Positions 22,832 to 33,395 of a stretch of DNA of 64,000 nt are shown here, one piece after another. The notes under the pieces were generated by a model. That model searched no databases, was not told the origin of the DNA, and saw nothing but the letters and a program-made list of their open reading frames with translations. The stretch lies in contig NC_000964.3 of assembly GCF_000009045.1 (NCBI RefSeq), forward strand, positions 1,860,001-1,924,000, given 5' to 3'. The first letter of the stretch is position 1. The number at the start of each line of letters is the position of its first letter. This DNA is from Bacillus subtilis subsp. subtilis str. 168. GTDB lineage: Bacteria > Bacillota > Bacilli > Bacillales > Bacillaceae. A program made the position numbers and the translations under genes.

Positions 22832-23165
22832 ACAATCTTGTTGGTAACAAACATCCTCTTACTTATTGTAAGAGGATGTTTGTTTAATTCTTACATATTT
22901 TATCTTTGCAATCTGGCTTACGAGTTGCATCCACAGTAAATGATCTTACTTCGTCTTTAGTTTTGTCATAAATTCCCCATATTACCCCTCAGAGAAGGAT
23001 AGGGGGATTATTTTGGAGAATCATATTCCATTGCTTGTTCACAGTCAGTAATCCTTGAGTTGTTCTAGCAAGAGGCAATATTGTTGAATAAGAATAGTTT
23101 TAAAGAGGTTATTGTTGTCTTCATATTGAAATAAAGATTAAGTATATTAGAGGGGAGTTGCTTTA

Positions 23166-23678
23166 ATGCACATAACAACAAAAAGGTTATTGATACGTGA
23201 ATTTGAATTCAAAGATTGGCAAGCAGTATATGAGTATACATCTGATAGTAATGTAATGAAGTATATACCTGAAGGGGTTTTTACTGAAGAAGATGCAAAG
23301 GCATTTGTAAATAAAAACAAAGGTGATAACGCTGAAAAATTCCCTGTCATACTAAGAGATGAAGACTGTCTTATAGGCCATATTGTTTTTTATAAGTATT
23401 TTGGTGAACATACATATGAAATTGGGTGGGTGTTTAATCCCAATTATCAAAATAAAGGGTATGCTTCTGAGGCAGCCCAAGCTATCTTGGAATATGGATT
23501 TAAAGAAATGAACTTACATAGGATTATAGCTACGTGTCAACCTGAGAATATTCCCTCATACCGAGTTATGAAGAAGATTGGAATGAGAAGAGAAGGCTTT
23601 TTTAAAAAATGTATTCCAAAAGGCAATGAATGGTGGGATGAATATTATTACGCTATTTTAGAGGAAGAGTGGAATTGA
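23166..23678 (+). CDS. ynaD: RimJ/RimL-type GNAT acetyltransferase
   Basis: TKRLLIR, EIGW, QNKGYASEA and N..S.RVMKKIG. Confidence 0.88.
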   Translation: MHITTKRLLIREFEFKDWQAVYEYTSDSNVMKYIPEGVFTEEDAKAFVNKNKGDNAEKFPVILRDEDCLIGHIVFYKYFGEHTYEIGWVFNPNYQNKGYASEAAQAILEYGFKEMNLHRIIATCQPENIPSYRVMKKIGMRREGFFKKCIPKGNEWWDEYYYAILEEEWN

Positions 23679-23853
23679 ACTTTATTGAGTGCGGCAATAC
23701 AAACAAATTATCACCCTCTACTTAGAACATATTAGTTAAATGAAGGTGATATATAAAGTGATATGACAGTGATTAAATGGGATTCAATGAGCTCCGGTGA
23801 ATTGTTTTTAGGTGAGTTCACTAAGGATGATACCTGATACGCAGCCATACCAT

Positions 23854-24084
23854 TCGAGCGTTAATCATTTTATAACTGATCTTTTCACTTTTGCCCACGG
23901 GGGAATAAGACCCTATTTAAGTTTGCCAGACGATTGTTTGATCCGTTGTTGATGATTGTCAGGATTTTTTGTGAAGGAATATCTTTATATAGTGGTTGAT
24001 TATTCCCTTCTGGTAAAAATTGATCTATGTTGAATTGCTTAACATGTCATTGAACTCAGAGAATAAAGTGAACCTGCCACAGAT
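23854..24084 (-). pseudogene. 5' remnant of an SRAP (YoqW/YedK/HMCES-like) gene
   Basis: Frames piece together to (I)CGRFTLFSEF-QFNIDQFLPEG-ILTIINNGSNNRL-GLIPPWAK-EKISYKMINAR; start codon reads ATC. Confidence 0.85.
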
Positions 24085-24237
24085 GTTCATTATCTTTTAG
24101 GGGGTTCCAAAAAGACCGTATTCCTATCGATCGCTCAGAGTGAAAATGGTATACTAAAGTTACAATCACAGGAAGGAATTACAATTTTTTTAGATCTACA
24201 TAAAATCATCTGATTAACCGAAAGTGAGAATGTGTGA

Positions 24238-24879
24238 ATGAATTTAATAGGGTATATTGAGGAAAGGTTTCAAAACCTCGAATTAATTCCTAGCATCTAT
24301 AATCAATGGGGCACAGGAATCCATTTTTGTCTTGGGGAAAATATCTATCAACTCAAAGCAAATGAAGAATTGAATTTAAAGATGTTTCGGATTGTATATG
24401 AACAAACCTCAATCATTTTTAATGAATTATTTGAACAAAATGATGACATATTCCTTGTGACGAATATGTATAAGCACAAAAAGAAAGAGAAATGTATAAG
24501 AAAATTAAAGGTGTATCAACCGTTTCTAAAATGTAAAAATCATTTGAATCAAATTATGGTGAAGACATATCCCTATCCTTTCGAAATCAATAAAGCTGAA
24601 GAATACGAGATGCAACAATTTTCCCTGTTATGCAAACCTCGAGACTTACGTGTAACTGAATTACTTAAAGCAGCCAGTAATGAGGATTTTCCACAAAAAC
24701 CGAAATTCGGAGGTTACTCTATTGATTACCCTGATGTTTTCTTTGTGAACATTACAAAAGACATTATTTTCTTTATCTATGATGACCGCGGATGCGAAGT
24801 CATAGCTCATGATTTCAAACGAATACGTCCACTTTATGAAAAATATCACGACTGGGTAGAAGAGTATAAGTGCATGTAA
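24238..24879 (+). CDS. ynaE: Conserved hypothetical protein (DUF3885-like)
   Basis: C-terminal IFFIYDDRGC...LYEKYHDW. Confidence 0.75.
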   Translation: MNLIGYIEERFQNLELIPSIYNQWGTGIHFCLGENIYQLKANEELNLKMFRIVYEQTSIIFNELFEQNDDIFLVTNMYKHKKKEKCIRKLKVYQPFLKCKNHLNQIMVKTYPYPFEINKAEEYEMQQFSLLCKPRDLRVTELLKAASNEDFPQKPKFGGYSIDYPDVFFVNITKDIIFFIYDDRGCEVIAHDFKRIRPLYEKYHDWVEEYKCM

Positions 24880-24967
24880 TACTTTTTTTAAAAACGATTT
24901 ATCAGGAAAGGCAGAATTAGATTATGAGGGCCTTACATACAAGATGTAAACGGTTATTGAAACTAAG

Positions 24968-25321
24968 ATGGTATTATGTGATGATGAGAGATCTGCATTT
25001 TTATTAGTACTTGATGAAAGATTAGTGGATTTTGATTCTCAAGGTGGAAACCATATTAGTGTTTATTTAGTTACTCACTTTGAGTTATCTGATCAATCGT
25101 ATAAAGATGTATTAAGCTTTAATGATGATCTTTTGGGTATGGAGCATAACTGTTCGTATGCAATGGATATTCTAAGCGTTAAAGAGGAACTTGATTTCGA
25201 TTTCCCATTTAATATGCTTGCAATAAAAAGCTATGTACAAGAATTAATAAAAATGTTAGGGATTGATATCACTCTGCCTGAAATGAAAGAAAGAGATTTT
25301 GACAAACTTTCTCAAAACTAA
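24968..25321 (+). CDS. ynaF: Acidic hypothetical protein, possibly 5'-truncated
   Basis: 117-aa ORF with no clear RBS; the frame continues upstream past TAA at 24947. Confidence 0.6.
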   Translation: MVLCDDERSAFLLVLDERLVDFDSQGGNHISVYLVTHFELSDQSYKDVLSFNDDLLGMEHNCSYAMDILSVKEELDFDFPFNMLAIKSYVQELIKMLGIDITLPEMKERDFDKLSQN

Positions 25322-25364
25322 ATAAAACTACTATTTTTAAAGAGAACGGAGACTTGCTTTCAAT

Positions 25365-25640
25365 ATGAATGTTAAAAAAGCTGCAGCTGTTTTTTCAATC
25401 ACTATTCCAATTATCTCAGCCATCTTAATTATTAATTTTTTTACAGGATTTATGTCAATTCCATGGCAAGGAATGCCGGTGTTTTTTCCATTATTACTTT
25501 CTCCTATAGGAATCATTTTAGCGTTCGTTTCAATAAAGACAAATAAACGGTGTGCTGTATATGGGATTGTCTTAAATGCAATTATGTTTCCATTTCCTTT
25601 TTTCTGGTTTATCGGAGGGGCTTTGTTATTTGGAGTTTAA
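25365..25640 (+). CDS. ynaG: Small membrane protein
   Basis: Three hydrophobic segments; CGGAG RBS. Confidence 0.7.
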   Translation: MNVKKAAAVFSITIPIISAILIINFFTGFMSIPWQGMPVFFPLLLSPIGIILAFVSIKTNKRCAVYGIVLNAIMFPFPFFWFIGGALLFGV

Positions 25641-25752
25641 AATCCATTAGGCATTACGCTTATACATTGGTATTTTCGAGCTTGTCAAAAGAAGGAATAA
25701 AAAAACTTCAGAATTGCTTGGCTTTACTTTATGTTGAAAGGGGTCGAGTAAG

Positions 25753-25917
25753 GTGGATAGGAAAAAGGATGAAATACAAAGAAAATATAGGGAACAAATG
25801 AGGGAGAAGAAAGAACGAGAAAAAGAAGATGGCAGTTCACATACTTTTGAAATTGTTGTTGTGCTAGCCATTATCATTTTGATGTTTTTCTTTAATTCAG
25901 TTTTCAAGGCTTTTTAG
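25753..25917 (+). CDS. ynzI: 54-aa protein with charged N-terminus and C-terminal TM helix
   Basis: AAAGGGG RBS, GTG 25753, TAG 25917; below the ORF-track cut-off. Confidence 0.7.
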   Translation: MDRKKDEIQRKYREQMREKKEREKEDGSSHTFEIVVVLAIIILMFFFNSVFKAF

Positions 25918-26056
25918 ATATTGTACAGATGACTTTCAGGATGTTTGAAAAAATAACCCTTTGAGATATATACCGCATGAAAGTATTGAAGGACTTATGA
26001 AAATTCAAGAGCCAGTTGAATCTTAATAATTAATCACCAAATAATGGGGATGTAAA

Positions 26057-26527
26057 ATGAAGTTGTATAATGAATTTATCAATATAGCTAAAACGTTTAA
26101 TAAAGAGTTAGACATAATTCCATTATTATATGGATCTTTAGGTCTTGAAAAGGTAACTGGGTTAGACTTTTCCCCAGAAGATATTGATCTCCTTATTCCT
26201 TTAATTTTTTTAGAGGAAAAGTGGGAAAAACTAAAAAAAGTGATGGAACTGCATGGATACAAAATGGTTGATTTACATGAGCATGAATTTAAGAAAACTA
26301 ATACAAAAATAGGCATTTCTTACATTGAGGATTTAAAACCATTTGCAGATGTAGACTATAATAACCTAGAGATTTTTGAAGATGGCGGAGCGAAATATCA
26401 TTTGCTAACGATTGATGATTACCTCAAGATTTATAAAAAGTCTTTATTAGATGGTTATAGAAGAAGGAAGAAGAATCATAAAGACCAAAGTAAAATTAAC
26501 ATATTGAATAAATTAATACGGAATTAA
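26057..26527 (+). CDS. ynaI: Putative nucleotidyltransferase-fold protein
   Basis: LYGS...DIDLL motif. Confidence 0.7.
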   Translation: MKLYNEFINIAKTFNKELDIIPLLYGSLGLEKVTGLDFSPEDIDLLIPLIFLEEKWEKLKKVMELHGYKMVDLHEHEFKKTNTKIGISYIEDLKPFADVDYNNLEIFEDGGAKYHLLTIDDYLKIYKKSLLDGYRRRKKNHKDQSKINILNKLIRN

Positions 26528-26603
26528 TTTCTGTATTCCCTTTTGTTTCCAGTCTCAATTAAAATTTTTAAGATTAAAATAAGTTTGAAGGAAAAATCAT
26601 AGT

Positions 26604-26927
26604 GTTTAACACAGCCATTAATCCTCAGACAGTCAAATAGCCATTTCTACTCCGGTTGAAAGCTTCTCTATTTTTGCTTCTTATTTATCTTTCCTGTATT
26701 GATATATGTATGTAGGGTTGGACTTATAACATAAACTATTCTGGCCATTCCGTTCTTTCAATTCATGACCGGGCTTGCCATCAGCATAAATCTAGGCTAA
26801 CAGTCTCCATACATCCTGTGATCACCTTTATCAAACTCTTAAATGCAACTTACCACTAACCAATTCTTTATTTCGCATAGATCATCTTTGTCATGTGTTT
26901 ACACAAGAATCTGTTTTGGACTGAGAC
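26604..26927 (-). pseudogene. Decayed thermonuclease (yncB/yokF-like) gene copy
   Basis: Collinear DNA similarity to 35384-35720; translates NKELVSGKL..EFDKGD..YG.LLA*..DGK...GCVK with stops and frameshifts. Confidence 0.85.
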
Positions 26928-27033
26928 ACTGAATATAACAAAACAGTCAAAAATCAATATTTAATTCATTCTGTTTAAACTTTCTGAAAAAGATGTTGAA
27001 AAAGTCGAAAGGATTTTATAATATTAAGTCAAG

Positions 27034-27058
27034 TTAGTTTGTTTGATCAACAAACTAA
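27034..27058. promoter_or_regulatory. XylR operator of xynPB
   Basis: TTAGTTTGTTTGATCAACAAACTAA palindrome. Confidence 0.92.
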
Positions 27059-27351
27059 TGAAATGAACTTTCATTATCCACAAGATAAGATCTTACTAAT
27101 ATGGATGGAAGGGGGATAAGAGGGTCGATTTAATGGAGCTAAACAATATAAGAAACGAAAGAATGAGGCTTTTATCCTTTTCCAGGTATATAAGGTATGA
27201 CGAAAAAAGATGAATTTTTTGCTTGCTGATCACCATATTTTTTTGCACTGTTTTGAAAGCGCTTTTATAAAAGTTTACTGACCGTAAATTCGAGAAATTG
27301 TTATACCGTTTCACACTGTTCCATATTAAAGGATCGAAAAGGGGAGAAATC

Positions 27352-28743
27352 ATGCTCAGTGAAAATGTAAAGAAGATTAGCATGGTTGAAAAAGTTGGAT
27401 ATGCGTCTGGAGATTTTGCTTGTAATTTAATTTATGCAACAGTGTCTACGTATCTTTTGTTCTTCTATACAGATGTTTTTGGTTTATCGGCAGCAGCAGC
27501 CGGTACTATGTTTTTAGTGGTTAGAATAATCGACGCTCTCGCTGATCCTTTTATCGGAACAATAGTTGACAGAACGAACAGCAGATTTGGACGCTTTAGA
27601 CCGTATCTTTTATTCGGAGCTTTTCCATTTGTCATACTGGCAATACTCTGTTTTACAACACCAGACTTTTCGGATATGGGGAAATTAATATATGCCTATA
27701 TAACCTATGTTGGCTTGTCGCTTACATACACAACGATAAACGTTCCATATGGCGCGTTAACTTCTGCAATGACTAGAAATAATCAAGAAGTTGTTAGTAT
27801 AACTTCTGTTCGCATGTTATTTGCGAATCTTGGGGGACTTGTCGTTGCATTTTTTGTTCCCTTACTGGCTGCTTATTTAAGCGATACTTCCGGCAACGAG
27901 TCTCTTGGCTGGCAACTAACCATGGGTATTTTGGGAATGATAGGCGGGTGCCTTTTAATCTTTTGTTTTAAAAGCACAAAAGAGCGGGTCACTCTTCAAA
28001 AATCCGAAGAGAAAATTAAATTTACGGATATATTTGAGCAGTTTCGTGTTAATCGTCCACTTGTTGTATTAAGTATTTTCTTTATTATTATTTTTGGAGT
28101 GAATTCCATCAGTAATTCGGTTGGCATTTACTACGTAACGTATAACTTAGAAAGAGAGGATTTGGTGAAGTGGTACGGTTTGATAGGAAGTTTACCCGCT
28201 TTGGTCATTTTACCGTTTATTCCAAGGCTTCATCAATTTTTGGGGAAAAAGAAATTACTAAACTATGCATTATTACTGAATATTATAGGCCTCTTAGCTT
28301 TACTGTTTGTTCCGCCAAGTAATGTTTACCTCATACTTGTCTGTCGATTAATCGCTGCTGCTGGAAGTCTCACTGCCGGGGGATATATGTGGGCGCTTAT
28401 TCCTGAAACAATTGAATATGGAGAGTACAGGACTGGGAAAAGAATGGGTGGGCTCATTTACGCTATAATCGGATTTTTCTTTAAGTTTGGTATGGCCTTA
28501 GGAGGAGTTGTTCCGGGTCTGGTTCTTGATAAGTTTGGATATGTAGCAAATCAGGCACAAACCCCGGCGGCCTTAATGGGGATTTTAATTACAACAACCA
28601 TTATTCCCGTGTTCTTGCTTGTTCTAGCTTTAATTGATATTAATTTCTATAACTTAGATGAGAAAAAATATAAAAACATGGTTCGAGAATTAGAGAATAG
28701 AGACAAAGTTTATTTGGATCATATTGATGATTTCAAGGCTTAA
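27352..28743 (+). CDS. xynP: GPH-family xyloside:cation symporter
   Basis: KVGYASGD, DRTNSRFGRFRPY and about 12 TM helices; ATG 27352 after AAGGGGAG. Confidence 0.93.
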   Translation: MLSENVKKISMVEKVGYASGDFACNLIYATVSTYLLFFYTDVFGLSAAAAGTMFLVVRIIDALADPFIGTIVDRTNSRFGRFRPYLLFGAFPFVILAILCFTTPDFSDMGKLIYAYITYVGLSLTYTTINVPYGALTSAMTRNNQEVVSITSVRMLFANLGGLVVAFFVPLLAAYLSDTSGNESLGWQLTMGILGMIGGCLLIFCFKSTKERVTLQKSEEKIKFTDIFEQFRVNRPLVVLSIFFIIIFGVNSISNSVGIYYVTYNLEREDLVKWYGLIGSLPALVILPFIPRLHQFLGKKKLLNYALLLNIIGLLALLFVPPSNVYLILVCRLIAAAGSLTAGGYMWALIPETIEYGEYRTGKRMGGLIYAIIGFFFKFGMALGGVVPGLVLDKFGYVANQAQTPAALMGILITTTIIPVFLLVLALIDINFYNLDEKKYKNMVRELENRDKVYLDHIDDFKA

Positions 28744-28773
28744 AAAAGAAAATAAACTGAGGAGGAGTCCCAA

Positions 28774-30375
28774 ATGAAGATTACCAATCCCGTACTTAAA
28801 GGATTCAATCCCGATCCAAGTATTTGTAGAGCAGGAGAGGATTATTATATCGCTGTATCTACATTTGAGTGGTTTCCGGGAGTCCAGATACACCACTCAA
28901 AAGATTTAGTAAATTGGCACTTAGTTGCACATCCATTACAGAGAGTTTCACAATTAGACATGAAAGGAAACCCAAATTCAGGTGGAGTTTGGGCACCATG
29001 TTTAAGCTATAGTGATGGGAAGTTTTGGCTGATCTATACGGATGTTAAGGTAGTAGATGGCGCATGGAAAGATTGTCACAATTATTTAGTTACTTGTGAA
29101 ACGATTAATGGTGATTGGAGTGAGCCGATTAAATTAAATAGCTCGGGGTTTGATGCTTCTTTGTTCCATGATACGGATGGAAAAAAGTATTTATTAAATA
29201 TGTTATGGGATCACCGTATTGATCGGCACTCATTTGGAGGAATTGTTATACAGGAATATTCTGATAAAGAGCAAAAATTAATCGGTAAACCAAAAGTTAT
29301 ATTTGAAGGAACTGATAGAAAACTGACAGAAGCTCCGCATCTTTATCATATCGGGAACTATTATTATTTATTAACTGCAGAAGGAGGAACACGGTACGAA
29401 CATGCTGCTACAATTGCTCGTTCTGCAAATATTGAGGGGCCATATGAAGTTCATCCCGATAATCCAATTTTAACGTCATGGCATGACCCAGGAAATCCAT
29501 TGCAAAAATGTGGTCATGCATCCATTGTTCAAACACATACAGATGAGTGGTATTTAGCTCATTTAACGGGACGTCCTATTCATCCTGACGATGATTCAAT
29601 TTTTCAGCAGAGAGGATACTGTCCTTTGGGCAGAGAAACAGCTATTCAAAAACTTTACTGGAAAGATGAATGGCCCTATGTAGTAGGTGGAAAAGAAGGA
29701 AGCTTGGAGGTAGATGCACCTTCTATACCCGAAACAATATTTGAAGCAACGTACCCGGAAGTTGATGAATTTGAGGATTCAACATTAAATATAAATTTTC
29801 AAACTTTAAGGATTCCATTCACGAATGAATTAGGTTCATTGACTCAAGCGCCAAATCATTTACGATTATTCGGTCATGAATCATTGACCTCGACATTTAC
29901 TCAGGCATTTGTAGCCAGACGCTGGCAAAGTCTCCATTTTGAAGCCGAAACTGCTGTTGAGTTTTATCCGGAAAATTTTCAACAAGCCGCTGGGTTGGTG
30001 AATTACTACAATACAGAGAACTGGACGGCTCTTCAAGTCACGCATGATGAAGAACTTGGGCGCATTCTTGAATTAACAATATGTGACAACTTTTCTTTTT
30101 CACAGCCATTAAATAATAAAATTGTTATTCCTCGTGAAGTAAAGTATGTATATTTAAGAGTAAATATTGAAAAGGACAAATATTATTATTTCTATTCTTT
30201 TAACAAAGAAGATTGGCACAAAATTGACATTGCACTGGAATCGAAAAAATTATCAGATGATTATATCCGTGGGGGAGGATTCTTCACAGGGGCCTTTGTA
30301 GGGATGCAATGCCAAGATACCAGTGGTAATCATATTCCGGCCGACTTTAGATATTTTCGTTATAAAGAAAAATAA
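28774..30375 (+). CDS. xynB: GH43 beta-xylosidase
   Basis: FNPDPSI, WAP, GFDASLF and TEAPHL motifs. Confidence 0.96.
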   Translation: MKITNPVLKGFNPDPSICRAGEDYYIAVSTFEWFPGVQIHHSKDLVNWHLVAHPLQRVSQLDMKGNPNSGGVWAPCLSYSDGKFWLIYTDVKVVDGAWKDCHNYLVTCETINGDWSEPIKLNSSGFDASLFHDTDGKKYLLNMLWDHRIDRHSFGGIVIQEYSDKEQKLIGKPKVIFEGTDRKLTEAPHLYHIGNYYYLLTAEGGTRYEHAATIARSANIEGPYEVHPDNPILTSWHDPGNPLQKCGHASIVQTHTDEWYLAHLTGRPIHPDDDSIFQQRGYCPLGRETAIQKLYWKDEWPYVVGGKEGSLEVDAPSIPETIFEATYPEVDEFEDSTLNINFQTLRIPFTNELGSLTQAPNHLRLFGHESLTSTFTQAFVARRWQSLHFEAETAVEFYPENFQQAAGLVNYYNTENWTALQVTHDEELGRILELTICDNFSFSQPLNNKIVIPREVKYVYLRVNIEKDKYYYFYSFNKEDWHKIDIALESKKLSDDYIRGGGFFTGAFVGMQCQDTSGNHIPADFRYFRYKEK

Positions 30376-30511
30376 TTTGCACATGAAAAAGGAGATTTCT
30401 ATTTTAGAACTCCTTTTTCATATGAGAAGGTGCCATGTCACTATTGCTTCAGAAATACTCCTAGAATAAAAAAACTCATCTTTAAAGATGAGCTGTCCAT
30501 TCCATAAAAAA

Positions 30512-31666
30512 TTACATTGTAATCATGTCCAGAAAATGATCAATCACAATGGAGGACATTCCTAATGCCGGTGCATTCTGTCCTAAGGAAGATGGCAATA
30601 ATTCATAGCTATTGCCTAATTGGGAATAAACCCTTGATGATACTTCACTTCTCATTGAATTTAAAACCATAGGATGCGATTCAATTATGCTATTTCTTAA
30701 AATTACGGCTTGTGGGTTGAAAGTATTTAGAATATTGGTAAGGCCTATTCCTAAATAGAATCCAAAATTTTGTAATGCATTTAAGGTTCCGATATCATTC
30801 AGATGGGCGAGGTTTATGATATCTTGATAGGACAGTTTTTTCTCTTTGGTCTGAAGAGATTTTAATAAAGCCTTCTCTGAAGCATACAATTCCCAGCATC
30901 CTCGGTTTCCGCAACTGCATTTAGGACCATTAAAGTCTATTGTCATATGTCCCATTTCTCCAGAGAAGCCGCTTACTCCTCTATATAAATGATTGTTGAT
31001 AATAACACCGATCCCTATTCCTGTGCTGATACTTACGTAAATAATGTTATCGTGATTTTTTGCAGCTCCAAATACTTTTTCTCCATATGCGCCAGCATTT
31101 GCCTCATTTTCAATAAAAACAGGCACATTGTACTTCTCTTGTATCGAAGATTTTAAGTCAATATCTCTCCAGTTGGAGTTCGGAGTGAAAACAATTTTTT
31201 GATCTTTATCAATGAGTCCAGGCACGCAAATACCTATACCAATAAGCCCGTACGGAGATTGGGGCATTTGCGTAATAAAGTGATGAATCATATCAATCAA
31301 AATGTCTTTCGTTATTTCTGGAGAATTGGATTCCAAATGGCGGTATTGATCAAGAACGATTGTTCCTTCAAGGTCTGTTAAAATGCCATTAATATAATCC
31401 ACACCAACATCTATTCCAACGGAGTATCCTGCCTTTTTATTAAAAACAAGCATGACAGGTCTTCTTCCGCCACTTGATTGTCCTTGACCTATTTCAAATA
31501 CCATACTTTCTTTCATTAACGTGTTTACCTGTGATGAGACAGTTGATTTATTTAATCCAGTCATTTCAGATAATTTTGCTCTTGAAATAGGTGAATTTTT
31601 AAGGATTTCTTTTAATAATAACTTTTGATTTACTTTTTTGACAAAGGTTTGATCAGCGATATCCAC
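30512..31666 (-). CDS. xylR: ROK-family xylose repressor
   Basis: N-terminal HTH; ENEAN; GEMGH..CSCGNRGCWE; GTG start. Confidence 0.96.
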   Translation of the reverse strand: MDIADQTFVKKVNQKLLLKEILKNSPISRAKLSEMTGLNKSTVSSQVNTLMKESMVFEIGQGQSSGGRRPVMLVFNKKAGYSVGIDVGVDYINGILTDLEGTIVLDQYRHLESNSPEITKDILIDMIHHFITQMPQSPYGLIGIGICVPGLIDKDQKIVFTPNSNWRDIDLKSSIQEKYNVPVFIENEANAGAYGEKVFGAAKNHDNIIYVSISTGIGIGVIINNHLYRGVSGFSGEMGHMTIDFNGPKCSCGNRGCWELYASEKALLKSLQTKEKKLSYQDIINLAHLNDIGTLNALQNFGFYLGIGLTNILNTFNPQAVILRNSIIESHPMVLNSMRSEVSSRVYSQLGNSYELLPSSLGQNAPALGMSSIVIDHFLDMITM

Positions 31667-31771
31667 TTCATCCACTCCATTTGTTTAATCTTTAAATTAA
31701 GTATCAACATAGTACATAGCGAATCTTCCCTTTATTATATCTAATGTGTTCATAAAAAACTAAAAAAAATA

Positions 31772-31834
31772 TTGAAAATACTGACGAGGTTATATAAGAT
31801 GAAAATAAGTTAGTTTGTTTAAACAACAAACTAA
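31772..31834 (+). promoter_or_regulatory. xylA SigA promoter and XylR operator
   Basis: TTGAAA-N17-TAAGAT; TTAGTTTGTTTAAACAACAAACTAA (31810-31834). Confidence 0.93.
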
Positions 31835-31907
31835 TAGGTGATGTACTTACTATATGAAATAAAATGCATCTGTATTTGAATGAATTTATTTTTAAGGGGG
31901 AAATCAC

Positions 31908-33245
31908 ATGGCTCAATCTCATTCCAGTTCAATCAACTATTTTGGAAGCGCAAACAAAGTGGTTTACGAAGGGAAAGATTCGACTAATCCTTTAGCATTT
32001 AAATATTATAATCCTCAAGAAGTAATCGGCGGAAAAACGCTGAAAGAGCATTTGCGATTTTCTATTGCCTATTGGCATACATTTACTGCTGATGGTACAG
32101 ACGTTTTTGGAGCAGCTACGATGCAAAGACCATGGGATCACTATAAAGGCATGGATCTAGCGAAGATGAGAGTAGAAGCAGCATTTGAGATGTTTGAAAA
32201 ACTAGATGCACCATTCTTTGCTTTTCATGACCGGGATATTGCACCAGAAGGCAGTACGCTAAAAGAGACAAACCAAAATTTAGATATGATCATGGGCATG
32301 ATTAAAGATTACATGAGAAATAGCGGCGTTAAGCTATTATGGAATACAGCAAACATGTTTACGAATCCCCGTTTCGTCCATGGTGCCGCGACTTCTTGCA
32401 ATGCAGATGTGTTTGCGTATGCTGCAGCACAAGTGAAAAAAGGGTTAGAAACAGCAAAAGAGCTTGGCGCTGAGAACTATGTATTTTGGGGCGGCCGTGA
32501 AGGATATGAAACATTGTTAAATACCGATTTAAAATTTGAGCTTGATAATTTGGCTAGATTTATGCATATGGCAGTGGATTATGCGAAGGAAATCGGGTAC
32601 ACAGGGCAGTTTTTGATTGAGCCAAAACCAAAAGAGCCGACCACCCATCAATACGATACAGATGCAGCAACAACCATTGCCTTTTTGAAGCAATATGGCT
32701 TAGACAATCATTTTAAATTAAATCTTGAAGCCAATCATGCCACATTAGCCGGGCATACATTCGAACATGAATTACGCATGGCAAGAGTACATGGTCTGCT
32801 TGGCTCTGTTGACGCAAACCAGGGTCATCCTCTTTTAGGCTGGGACACGGATGAATTTCCGACGGATTTATATTCTACGACATTAGCAATGTACGAAATC
32901 CTGCAAAATGGCGGCCTTGGAAGCGGCGGATTAAACTTTGACGCGAAGGTCAGAAGATCTTCTTTCGAGCCTGATGATCTAATATATGCCCATATTGCAG
33001 GGATGGATGCATTTGCAAGAGGATTGAAAGTTGCCCACAAATTAATCGAAGATCGTGTGTTTGAAGATGTGATTCAACATCGTTACCGCAGCTTTACTGA
33101 AGGGATTGGTCTTGAAATTATAGAAGGAAGAGCTAATTTCCACACACTTGAGCAATATGCGCTAAATCATAAATCAATTAAAAACGAATCTGGAAGACAG
33201 GAGAAATTAAAAGCGATATTGAACCAATACATTTTAGAAGTATAA
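31908..33245 (+). CDS. xylA: Xylose isomerase (class II)
   Basis: [19 protein letters not shown] and NLEANHA. Confidence 0.98.
   Translation: MAQSHSSSINYFGSANKVVYEGKDSTNPLAFKYYNPQEVIGGKTLKEHLRFSIAYWHTFTADGTDVFGAATMQRPWDHYKGMDLAKMRVEAAFEMFEKLDAPFFAFHDRDIAPEGSTLKETNQNLDMIMGMIKDYMRNSGVKLLWNTANMFTNPRFVHGAATSCNADVFAYAAAQVKKGLETAKELGAENYVFWGGREGYETLLNTDLKFELDNLARFMHMAVDYAKEIGYTGQFLIEPKPKEPTTHQYDTDAATTIAFLKQYGLDNHFKLNLEANHATLAGHTFEHELRMARVHGLLGSVDANQGHPLLGWDTDEFPTDLYSTTLAMYEILQNGGLGSGGLNFDAKVRRSSFEPDDLIYAHIAGMDAFARGLKVAHKLIEDRVFEDVIQHRYRSFTEGIGLEIIEGRANFHTLEQYALNHKSIKNESGRQEKLKAILNQYILEV
31943..31956 (+). promoter_or_regulatory. cre (CcpA) site inside xylA
   Basis: TGGAAGCGCAAACA. Confidence 0.8.
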
Positions 33246-33395
33246 CAGGATAAGCTCCAGATCCTGCTATCAATACCAAGTCACTGAATTACCCGTCATG
33301 ATTCCTTTCCTATTGCTTGTTGTTATGACGGGTAACTTCTATAATTAGGATTTATTTAGAGTGAATGGTTTTTTAAAAGGGCAAGGAGTGAAAAA

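Larger units (their letters stand above)
19800..26950. mobile_element. Decayed prophage-like AT-rich island
   Basis: Abrupt AT enrichment after glnA, many small orphan genes and several pseudogenes; no integrase or structural genes seen. Confidence 0.65.

Noticed and set aside
22885-23100. Minus-strand fragment ...WGIYDKTKDEVRSFTVDATRK
   Set aside because: Looks like coding debris, but I cannot assign a family or boundaries
27145-27225. 26-codon ORF in the long xynP leader
   Set aside because: Weak evidence; XylR operator control already explains the regulation
31696-31709. Minus-strand CTATGTACTATGTT resembling part of a Ter site
   Set aside because: Lacks the ACTAA half and the AAAT spacing; lies in the xylR promoter region
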